DNA of 63,350 bases, filler included, from Chiloscyllium plagiosum (taxonomy: Eukaryota): the NCBI RefSeq assembly GCF_004010195.1. It is 5 parts of one record of this genome, joined end to end, with 100 filler letters (N's around TTAATTAATTAA, not from the genome) between each part and the next. Parts side by side here need not be neighbours in the genome. Positions count along the whole stretch, not along the records: positions 47,938 to 59,670 come from NC_057712.1; positions 59,771 to 63,350 come from NC_057712.1; 3 more parts are not named here. One strand, 5' to 3'. The position numbers and the translations under genes were made by a program. The notes beneath the pieces are model-generated. The model saw only the letters and a program-made list of their open reading frames with translations. It had not been told where the DNA came from and made no database searches. The first letter of the stretch is position 1, and each line of letters opens with the position of its first letter. Shown here one piece after another: positions 53,120-63,350 of the stretch.

Positions 53120-54016
53120 AACAAGTGAGGAAGTGGGGAGGCTGCAGAAGGATCTAGACAGTTTGGGAGAGTGGTCCAGGAAATGGATGATGGAATTCAA
53201 TGTGAGCAAATGCAAGGTCTTGCACTTTGGCAAAAAGATTACAAGCATGGACTACTTTCTAAACGGTGAGAAAATTCGTAAAGCCAAAGTACAGGGGGAT
53301 CTGGGAGTGCTAGTTGAGGATTCTCTAAAGGTAAACATGCAGGTTGAGTCCGTGATTAAGAAAGCAAATGCAATGTTGTCAATTATCTCAAGAGGGTTGG
53401 AATATAAAAGCACCGTTGTGCTACTGAGATTTTATAAAGCTCTGGTTAGGCCACATTTGGAGTACTGTGCCCAGTTTTGGTCCCCACACCTCAGGAAGGA
53501 CGTACTGGCACTGGAGCGTGTCCAGCGGAGATTCACACGGATGGTCCCTGGAATGGTAGGTCTAACATATGAGGAACGGCTGAGGATCCTGGGATTGTAT
53601 TCATTGGAGTTTAGAAGATTAAGGGGAGATCTAATAGAAACTTTCAAGATAATACATGGCTTGGAGAGGGTGGACGCTAAGAAATTGTTTCCGTTAGGCG
53701 AGGAGACTAGGACCCGTGGACACAGCCTTAGAATTAAAGGGGGTAAATTTAGAACAGAAATGCGGAGACATTTCTTCAGCCAGAGAGTGGAGGGCCTGTG
53801 GAATTCATTGCCACAAAGTTCAGTGAAGGCTGGGACGCTAAATGTCTTCAAGGCAGAAATTGATAAATTCTTGATGTCACAAGGAATTAAGGGCTTCGAG
53901 AAGAATGCGGGTAAGTGGAGTAGAAATGCCCATCAGCCATGATTGAATGGCGGAGTGGACTCGATGGGCCGAATGGCCTTACTTCCGCTCCTATGTCTTA
54001 TGGTCTTATGGTCTTA
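53120..54016 (+). mobile_element. young 5'-truncated CR1 with open ORF2 C-terminus
   Basis: 289-aa ORF: LQKDLDSL.EWSRKWMMEFNVSKCKVLHFG...; (CTTATGGT)n tail. Confidence 0.93.
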
Positions 54017-55261
54017 TTACATGTAACATGTTGAGAATGGTAGTTCATGAACCTTCATGAGAGATGGATGCAATAGCAGTGATCGAGTGAGAGCATGAGG
54101 TAGCAGAGAGGATACGGTGGCACTTATCCTTCTGATTGCAGAGCATCCCCCCCCCAACATTGTTGGGCATTCCTCCAGACGGCCAAGACCACACTGACCT
54201 GGGTGGCAACCTTGGAGTAGGCTGCAGTTCTGGCATCATTGCCTGCTCTGTTGGTACTGAGAGAAGAGGAAAGCACTTCCCTGTATCAAGGTCAAGAGTG
54301 TGGTGCTGCAGAAGCACAGCAGCTCAGGCAGCATCTGAGGACCAGGTGAATCAACGTTTTGGGCAAAAGGCTTTCGTCTCACTTTCTCCTACTTTTCTGT
54401 ATCAACCTATCCACAAAGATCTCCAGGCTCTTGCTTGCAATGCAATGAGTTTTAATGATGATGCCCATGTAAGGGATGGTGTAACATTCTGATAGTGGTA
54501 AGTCCTTCCACCTACGATGAATGGATGAATTGGGATAGCATTGATTAAGAGGGACACCGCTAGAGCATGGTATATAGTCAATGAGGTAGATTTGGGCTGA
54601 TAGCATGTGAAAACTTATTGGGCCTTTATAGAGACAAACCTCCATGTAACTCAATGAAAATGACATATTGCCAAAAAGGGTGAGATACAGCCCATTTAGC
54701 CTCTTCACAACTAATTTTCCTAGCAATTAGGATAGGCAGGGTGGAGAAAAAAGGCCAAAGAAAAATGCCATCTGTTCTCCAACTACAATCAAGTTATCAA
54801 TAAAAGTTATTTTAAAGTGCTTTGTCAAAAGCTAATGCAAATTGTAACATGATGATGACAAGACATATTAAAAGGAGGGTATGATTATATAGCTTACATT
54901 CCTCAGACTTCAACAAACTTTTTTTTATTTTTAGCTGTTCATTATTATACTTAAAATTTTATATGTCTATTTTTAGTGTTATCCCAATCATTAATCATAA
55001 TAAGGATTGATTCCGAACATATATTGACTTAAGAATAATTATGGATGGGTATTAAATGCTGGTTTTACTGGAGAACCACTTCCCATGAATTAATCATAAA
55101 ATATAGTTAACATTCTGGCCCATGCTAAACATCAAGGGAGTAACTTTAACTTATGGGGAGCTGACCCATACTATGAGTTGAATTCCCATTCATGCTGGGA
55201 GTGAAGAGAGCCAATGAAAACTGGCATTAACCTGGGATTCTGCTGTGTTGTTCTTTTATAT

Positions 55262-56760
55262 TTGTTCATGGAATATACGCTTCACTGACTAGGCCAACGC
55301 TTATTATCCAACCCTTTTTGCATTTGAGGTGGGGGTGGTGAGCACCATTTCTAAACCATTGCAGTCTAAATGGTGTAAATAAATCCACAATGCTGTTATG
55401 GAGTGAGTTCCATGATTTGACAAAATGATGCTGAAGAAACACAATAATGTAATTCCAAGTCTGGATGGTGAGCGGCTTGGAGATGGAGCTTGCAGGTAGT
55501 GGCACTCCTATGGCCTTTTGGGTAGTAAGGTTTAAGGATTTGGCAAGTGCTGTTGAAGTAGGCTTGATTTATGCTCTGTGCAGTTTATATTTCTTGAACA
55601 CTGCTGCCATTTATATCGGAGGTAGAGGGAGGCAGTTTTAAAGATGGTGGATAGAGTGTTGATCAACCAGGTTGTTTTCTCCTGGGTGGCGTCAAGTCTC
55701 TCTCCAGTTATTGGTGCTGATGACTCATCCAGCCAAGTGGGAGTATTCCATCACACTCTGGCTTGTGCCTTGTAGATGGTAGACAGGCTTTCTGGAGGTA
55801 AGAGGGTAATTACGCATCATATAATTTCTATATCCTGATCTGCTCTTCTAACAATCATGTTTGTTTTAATTGATCAAACTGAGTTCCAGATCAATGGTTT
55901 CCCCAGAATTTTGAAAATATGTGATTCAGCAATGGTATTGCAATTGAATGCAATGGGATATGGTTACAGTCTCTGTTAGTGTAGATGTTCATTGTCTGGC
56001 CCTTGGGGTAATTGAATGTTACTTACCACTTAACAGCTAAGAAGATATGTTGTCCATGTCTTGGTGTTGGTTAGCGTGGAGTGTTTCAGTGTTAATGGAT
56101 TTAAGACAAATACTGAACACAGCAATTATTAGTAAGTACCTTTTTGAATGACTTCTTTTTAAGAAAGTGCATTGATGATGGTGGGGCCAAGTCCTGTTGC
56201 AATGTTCTGAGATAAAAATGATTGACCTGCAACAACCACAACCTTCTCCTTTATGTTCTGCATGACTACAAACTCTATGGTGTTTTTCTGTTGATTCCCT
56301 ATTGTGAGGTTTCTTGTTGTCACACTCTGTCAAATTCAGTTATTCCAATCTCTGGGATTCTGCTTATTTGTCCATCTTGGATCCAAGGTTGTAATGAGGG
56401 TCAGGAGCTAATTAGGTCCTGGTGGAACCCAAAATGAGCATCGATGCACAGGTTGTTACTGAGTAAGTGTCAGCATTGATGACAATTTACATCAGTTTGC
56501 TGATGATTGAAATTAGGGAGATGTGGCCATGTTGCATTTATCTGATTTTGATGCATTGGACTTACTTGGACAAATCTATATTTTTGGCTAGTTACAAGCT
56601 GGCACAGCTGGGCCAGAGTGCAATTAGTTCTGGAACACAAGTTCTCAGTACTACAGCCATTATATTGTCCAGGTCAAAAGCTTTTGCTATCTGCAAAGGC
56701 TTCAACTATTCTCGATATCATGTGCAGGGAATCAAATTGGCTGAAATTTGGAATGTAGGG
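55262..56760 (-). mobile_element. degraded LINE (same family as 41480-42378 and 9690-10128)
   Basis: Reverse complement matches TGTGATGGAATACTCC.CACTTG.CTGGATG and the 3' tail. Confidence 0.65.
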
Positions 56761-57145
56761 GATCTTGGGTGGAAGTTTAGTTTGTTACCATGGGGTGCAA
56801 AGAAAAACAATTGCTCCTCCAAGCCCTACTACAATGAATTAAAAGCTCCCATTTTGGAGCCTGCTCTACTGCACTAGCTATAAAGTTGGCCAGAGAGTGC
56901 ACATTTGAAAAATCTACCTGAAGCAGGCTAGTGTTTTGACCACATCGTGGCCTTTGTGTAAATGGGTTTGTAAGTTGCAGCATCCACTCCCATTTTGAGG
57001 TCATGAGTACCTCACTGGCACAAAAATGATTACATTAAAACAAGTCCCTATTTGCTTTAATGTCATTCAAAGAAATGTGAGAATTTCAATTGTTTAGTGA
57101 GGTGGTTAGGGCTTTCAAAAGTGCTTAGGTGTGCACCTTACTATT

Positions 57146-57485
57146 GGCATGAATGCTCAGTGGTTAGCATTGCTGCCTCACAGAACCAGTGACCTGGATT
57201 CAATTCCAGCCTCGGGTGAATGTGTGGAATTTGCATGTTCCCCCTGTGTCTGTGTGGGTTTCTACCAGGTGCTCTGGTTTCCTCTCACAGTACAAAAATG
57301 TGCAGGTTAGGTGGTTTGGCCATGCCAAATTGTCCATAGTGTCCAGGGATATGGAGGTTAGATGTTTTACCCATAAGAAATGCAGGAATAGGGTAGAGGA
57401 ATGGGACTGAGTGGGATGCTCTTCAGAAGGTCTGTGTGGACTTGTTGGGCCAAATGGCCTGTTTCCACATATTGGGGATTCTATG
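57146..57485 (+). mobile_element. HE1-type V-SINE
   Basis: GCTCAGTGGTTAGCATTGCTGCCTCACAG head and GGGATTCTATGA tail. Confidence 0.85.
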
Positions 57486-58386
57486 ACAATGCACTTATGT
57501 CTATAAACGTATCTACAAAATACATAGCTTCCATTTCGGGCCAGTTTTGAGATGCCTTGTTTTTTTAAAACATTTTCAAATGGTTTCACATATGTTGGTG
57601 AACATTTTCTAATTTTCCTAAGTCAACATGTGTGTGTGAATGTTTTAGAAAAATAATTATGTTGTATTCTTTGGGCAGTATGAGATATTAAGGTAATAAG
57701 CAGATTGTTCAGTATTTGTTACATGTTCATAAAGTGCAATGTGTCTTTATTATAGCTGAGTGTGAAATGGCTACCTGCAGCAGTTGTGCCTCATAGCACT
57801 GGTCATGTGACTAAAATGAGCCCAGAAACAGAATGGCACAGTATTTTCATTTTCATCTAAACAGTATTTTTTCACTGGTAGAACAAGATTTAGCAATTCT
57901 TATCATAGTCAATCCACTCATTCCACTTTTAATTAAAATTATTTGACATCCCTTGGTGTCACTGTATTATTTTCTGAAGTAATTTTCAGGGCTGCTGTGT
58001 TACAGTTTTATGCATATTTACTACAGAAGATAAAGACAATTGCAATCTTCTGTAACCCAGTTTCAAATTAGTATCTATTGATTGCATTGTTAAAGTTGAA
58101 AAATGAACAATATTCCCTGAATTTAACCAGGAACATGAGGAAGTATTACCCATTAGCGTAAAACACAGATGGGAAATTCCAATGTCCTATTCTTTTGTCA
58201 ATGCAGCTGAAGGAAGTAACTTAATTAACATTTGTACAGCAATAAACTTGGAAATGTCACCAAGTTGCAAAAAAGTCTTTGCCTGTGATATTATCGTGTC
58301 ATGGATGGTACACAACATATCCCCCTCTCTCCACCACCCCAAAGCAGCGATGTCTCCTTTGTAATGCTTACTGAAAATCCATGCGA

Positions 58387-58685
58387 TGAGGAAGTGATGA
58401 CCTCGTGGTCTTATCATTAGGCTATTAATCCAGTAACCTAAGTAATGTTCTGGGAATTTGAATTCAATAACAAATCTGGAAATAAGAACCTAATGATGAC
58501 CATGGAACTGTTGTCAATTACCGGAAAAAGCCCATCTGGTTCATTGCTATCCTTAGCTGGCCTGGCCCACATGTGACTCTAGGCCACAGCAATGTGGGTG
58601 ATGTGACTGCTCTCTGGGCAATTTGGGATGAGCAATGAATAATGGTCTAGCCAGTGATGCCCACATCCTGTCAATGAATGAATGT
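58387..58685 (+). mobile_element. older tRNA-like SINE (family of 35980-36318)
   Basis: GGAATTTGAATTCAAT, CCCATCTGGTTCA, ATGTGACTC.AG.CCACAGCAATGTGG, GATGCCCACATCC..(TGAA)n tail. Confidence 0.7.
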
Positions 58686-59522
58686 GATTGATATTAAGGG
58701 CTTGTTTTAAAAATTGTAAGAACCAAAATCAATCAAAAGCCAATCCTTCCATGGACCTCACTAATCATTTTGTTTGTATTTTGAAACTAGTCGTGAGACT
58801 CAGATCAATCAGAAATCATAGTGTTGTGAATATGAGTCAGATTGAGTAATTACTGTCCTGAATTATATGATTCTCTGTGTCCCTTCATTCACTTTGGCAG
58901 CATGTATCTTTAATAATGTCTTCAGCCTCGTGCTCCTATATCAAAAGAGGTTTTTTTCTGCCATCTCTGTCATTGCCTTGGACATGACAGAATGATAAAA
59001 GCCTCGGTGAAGCAACTTGAGGGTGTTTCATAGGAACATAGAACTTTGAAACAGGACCAAGCAGTTCAACCCTTTGAGTCTGCTCCACCGTTCACAAAGA
59101 TCAGAGGTGATCTGGTTGTGGTTGCAATTCCACTTTCCTGTCTGCCCCAGTAATTGCTGACTCCCTCGCCTATCAAAACTCTAACGCAGCCTTGAATACG
59201 TTAAATGAGCCAGCCTCCATACTTTACTGGGGAAGAGAGAGAGCTTCTGTGATGTTGAGACAGTGACCTTTGTCATAGGTTTTGGCAAAAGAAACTGTTG
59301 CTGGTATTCTACGGAATGGAAGTAAAATCAAACTTTGTTTAGTTTTTGTCACAGATTTAAAAATATTTAATTTGAGAAGTAGTTTTTGTTATTAGGAAGA
59401 ATCCATGATTCTAAATTTACAAGTTTTTAAAAAATCCTGTCGGGGATCTAAGATGGCAGCGATCTGAGAAGATCACGCTGCAGAGCTTCACATCGCAGCA
59501 GGAGCAGGACGGTCCTTTAACC

Positions 59523-59670
59523 CAGGTAAAAACAATGACTGCAGATGCTGGAAACCAGATTCTGGATTAGTGGTGCTGGAAGAGCACAGCAGTTCAGGCA
59601 GCATCCGAGAACAGGCAAAATCCGAGGACAGGCAAAATTGACGTTTCGGGCAAAAGCCCTTCATCAGGAA
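59523..59670 (-). mobile_element. Penelope-like terminal fragment with intact hammerhead core (59637-59670)
   Basis: Reverse complement CUGAUGAAGGGCUUUUGCCCGAAACGUC; mirror of 24-153; 17-bp internal duplication. Confidence 0.7.
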
Positions 59671-60157
59671 NNNNNNNNNNNNNNNNNNNNNNNNNNNNNN
59701 NNNNNNNNNNNNNNTTAATTAATTAANNNNNNNNNNNNNNNNNNNNNNNNNNNNNNNNNNNNNNNNNNNNCCAGGTTAAACTTCAATTCTATTCCATGAT
59801 TTATGTTTGGAAAAGACAAAAACTCTTGTCTTAAGTTTCTTTTACGGACTCCATTCATTATTACCGAATTTCAGACGCCCACACTCACAAACATCTGAGA
59901 ACAAGACTTTTTACAACCTCAAAGTTCCACTTTGCTCTGAACTGATTTATGTCTCTGTGTTCTCTTCCCCAACAGTGTTGTCCACTAGCAACTCTATAAT
60001 ATCCCAAGTCCTCGCCTCTGCTGAATAAACCATCAACTACGCCCTGATAAAATTCGCACTGAACGGTTCCAGCTCTCTTCTGGCCAGTCTTCGGATTACA
60101 AGTATTTCTATCAAGAACTAGTTCTTCTCTCTGAAGTAACTTCACGACAAGAACACC

Positions 60158-60450
60158 ATTGAGAGTAGTAACGTCATTGGGCCGACAATTCAGAGGCCCA
60201 CGTTATTACACTGAAGTCACTGTTTCAACTTCAACCACAGATGACGGCAGAAATTAAATTCAAATGATAGAAAACCAATACTTGGCGAATAACAACCAGA
60301 AAAGAAGCAGGGTATTGTATAACAACTTACCTGTTCTCGTGAAGTCGTTTGCTTAAGACAACTAAGATTATTACCTGTTCAAGATTAAAGGTAAGTTCAT
60401 ACCCAGTAGAATGTGATTGGCTGTATACGTCCCAGGGGAATGTTCAGAGT
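60158..60450 (+). mobile_element. extremely diverged copy of the older SINE family
   Basis: Collinear remnants GTAACGTCATTGG..CAGAGGCCCA..GAAATTAAATTCAA..TTACCTG..AATGTGATTGGCT. Confidence 0.5.
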
Positions 60451-61421
60451 AAAGGTCAATTACTGATGATCAACAAATGGTCCGTGGGTAGAAGGCTCCG
60501 CGACTGGGAATAAGCACAATGGATTTGACCAGGAAAGGGAAATCTAGGCTGGACAGGAGGGCCACAACAGTGAACTGAAACAAGCACAGGATTGTATGCA
60601 GTTTTAATTCGATTTCTAATTGAACAGTTCCAAAGGCAGGGGAAATGAAATTTGCATGCCACTTAAATTCCATAAGGGCTCGGATTGGTGAGAGTTCGGG
60701 ACGGATGAGTTTTTGGCACATCCTCAGCAGCTAGAGTGGTTGACCTGTGCAAAGAGAACAGCATTAGTCTGTTATTCCTGTTTACGAGAGGTTATCAGGC
60801 GATCCATTGCGCCGATAGGAAAATGAGACGCAGTGTCATGAAAGCCAGACGGGTTAGGCTGATGCATTCGCGGAACATGACTGAACAGATGTCTTAGACA
60901 GTGGCTTCCAGTATCCCTCCGGGGGTAGCACTCTTTTGAATTACATCGCATGCGTCTCCTTCGAATTTGACTGCTGAATGAGTCACCATGTGGAGTATAA
61001 ACGAGCCTTTCACTTGCACCCTTTCCTAGTTTTTAGGATTAAAGTACCTGTGACTGTAAACATTGAAGAGTGTTGGTTAACTGATGCAATCATTTCCCAC
61101 TTGTCCACCCCTATAGTGGCAGCAGTATGAGTCATTATTTTTTATTCATCTGCTAAATATATTTGCTATTATTAGACAATGTTTATAACAACGTTTACGA
61201 GGTAGTTCTATAAAAGCAAGGTGTCAACAAGTAAAATGCCAATGAGTCAAGTAAGTCGTTCAATAAAGACAACCCTTTTACAGAATTCATCTTTTTTGAA
61301 TACATATCAAATATTGTTCAGTTCATTGCTCAACTTTTTCCTGAAATTCTGGCTTCTGCCAAGTTTGTAATAGTGTATAAGCCATTCGTTCCTTGCCCAA
61401 GTGTAGACATTTACGTATCCT

Positions 61422-61897
61422 TTTGCAAGCATGTTGCCAGGATTGGCGGATCTGAGCTACAGATAGAGGCTGAATAGTCGAGGGCTGTTTTCACTGGAGC
61501 ATCGAAGGCGGAGGCGTGGACTTTTAAAAGCTTATTAAATATTGAGAGACAAGGATAACCTAAATAGACAAAGTATTTTCCCTGGAATGGGGGAATACAG
61601 AACTAGAGGACACAGGTTTAGTTTGAGATGGAAAAGATATAAACTGGACCTAAGGGACAACTGTTTCAGTCAGAGAGTGGTGAGTATATGGAATGAGCTG
61701 CCTGAGGAAATGGTGGAGGCTCGGACAATAGCAACACTTAAATGGCGTATGGATTGTTCTGTGAAAACGAAGGGTTTATAATGATATGAGCCAGGTGCTG
61801 GCAAAGGGGCAAGATTAAATTGGGATATTTGGTAAACATGGACAATTTTGACAGATTGGCCTGTTTCCATGCGTTATATCTCTCAGACTCCATGATT
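61422..61897 (+). mobile_element. CR1 3' fragment, hyper-substituted
   Basis: Gap-free alignment over 380 nt to the 12381-12760 / 48106-48470 family, about 79 substitutions by hand count. Confidence 0.9.
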
Positions 61898-62434
61898 ATA
61901 AATAGTCAATGAAAATAGTGCAACAAAGATGGAATACAAACATGTCCACCCACATTTTGTTTTGGGTATCGAGAAATCATCCCATTGGAGGCCATAAACT
62001 GTGGCTCTTCAGCAGGGTCTTCCCTGATATTGATGAATCGTACTCAGGTCTGTAATTCCCATCCGTAAAATGTCTCTAACTAGGTTTTGCTGCGAATCCA
62101 ATCGGTTCGGAAGTTTGGGGTGTTCGGCTGCCTGTTTGTCTGCAAAATCTATCTCATTCCTTTAGAGACGGTATCAGTTGCATTCACGAGGTTTGAACAT
62201 TTTGACAACTGCCAGACTGGTTCAACAAACAGCAACATCATTTGGTTATCTGATGCAGGCTAAATCCGCTATGCTCCCAGAAGGTTCCAAAATCGTGAGC
62301 CACACAAAATAACATCGAGACTCCGTGTGTATTAAGAGATTTTCTGGCTGCTGGAGTGCAAGCCTGTCGAGCCTTGTGTTGATCCCAAGATTACAATAAG
62401 GACACAACACTTTCCATTGGCCATATTTCCACAG

Positions 62435-62703
62435 TTAAATTCCACAGCCTGTCCCCTCTTCTAGGGTGCCCTCTCGAAAGGGTTTCTGAACAGTGGTCGC
62501 TAGGCGGGCGTCTGAGGTAGGTGCCGCCCCCAGTGGATCTGCTGGTCACAATCAACCTCATTGGGGCTGACCCACAGCGTACATGTATCTGAGGTTGCTT
62601 GGCTTATTCTGTTTAACCTGTAACTTGGATCGTAATTTGGTCTCATTCTGGCCATCCCAGCAAACGACTACCAATCACCTCATCTGCGATTATAAATTGT
62701 TGA
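62435..62703 (+). pseudogene. MCHR2: putative near-saturated remnant of the MCHR2 terminal coding exon (ICL3, TM6, TM7, C-tail)
   Basis: After TTTCCACAG (62434), in phase 2: VPxxRV (62451), AAP (62523); shifted frame NLxxxxP (62554), CLAY (62596), SGxxxKRLP (62647-62673). Order and most spacings match human VPKQRV..AAP..NLQMEQP..CLSY..SGNFQKRLP. Several stops, a frameshift and a net 14-nt loss. Confidence 0.45.
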
Positions 62704-63350
62704 TCCAGTTAATATTGTTTGACTAGATTACGTAGGCGATACCAGAAGGAATGCATGGAAAAACAATCGTGTTAAACAAAGATGAATCATCTTCATTATC
62801 ATTTTCATTTGCAAGCCTTATTCCTCTTTCGTCAAACAGCTGGCCACTTATTTCAGTCACAATCCAATCTTATTTGTGTCACTCCCAGATGTTAGTGGCC
62901 TTTACACATGTATCATTCTTTGGACGTATTAAACAAATTGGGCCGGTTTCTCCTTGCGGTTTGGTGCTATCCTCATTATCATTAATCTGATTCTTGAGAC
63001 GGTATTTTGTTCACATGGTTCAGGACTCTCACTGCCATGATGTCGACAATGAAGTTGGACAACGATACTGGACCCATCACCTTCAGTTTAAGGGAAGGTT
63101 CATAACCAGGGGTGTGTGCTGAGGATTATCTGGTGAAAATTCCCATTGCTTCCTTCAAATAGGAATGGGCGTTCCATCCGATATACATGCTTCCATCCCA
63201 CTCTCGCATACATAATTCCTCCAACTGGCCAGTCAGATATCTTTCCATTCACTATCGCCTTTGGTTTTCCATTCTTTACTTAATGATTAGTGCAATCATG
63301 CTTCAAATTAACCATAAGGCAACGATACAGATCATGTACAAAAGCATAAA

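Noticed and set aside
53073..53942. 289-aa ORF as a host gene
   Set aside because: It is the CR1 ORF2 C-terminus, with a non-ATG start drawn from flanking DNA and a LINE tail.
61422..61801. Tandem 2-3 nt substitutions resembling shark immunoglobulin somatic hypermutation
   Set aside because: About 32 of 79 mismatches are adjacent, close to the roughly 38% expected by chance at 21% divergence, so no enrichment can be claimed.
59771..63350. CpG island or promoter explanation for the CpG excess
   Set aside because: The segment is not GC-rich, and new CpGs occur inside a CR1 copy at positions where the family has none.

Overview
Repeat-rich vertebrate genomic DNA, most likely from an elasmobranch (shark), judged from HE1/V-SINE copies and several CR1 LINE subfamilies. 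The window is mainly intronic sequence of a + strand melanin-concentrating hormone receptor 2 (MCHR2) gene. Two intact internal coding exons are present: 19915-20109 (195 nt) and 25975-26094 (120 nt), both with canonical AG/GT and phase-2 boundaries. No intact terminal exon is visible. Instead, a near-saturated remnant of the TM6-TM7 exon appears to lie at about 62435-62700. It sits in a segment (about 58.8/59.8 kb to the end) that looks locally hypermutated: CpG depletion is largely erased, a CR1 copy carries about 21% substitutions (about half transversions) with no indel over 380 nt, and an older SINE is barely recognisable. The introns also hold Penelope-like terminal fragments with minimal hammerhead-ribozyme motifs (two families, several as fold-back palindromes with long TSDs), two inverted duplications, Tigger-like MITEs, a possible Harbinger-like element and nested retroelement stacks. 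Four gaps carry an artificial TTAATTAATTAA linker. All alignments and counts were done by eye; repeat boundaries are approximate.
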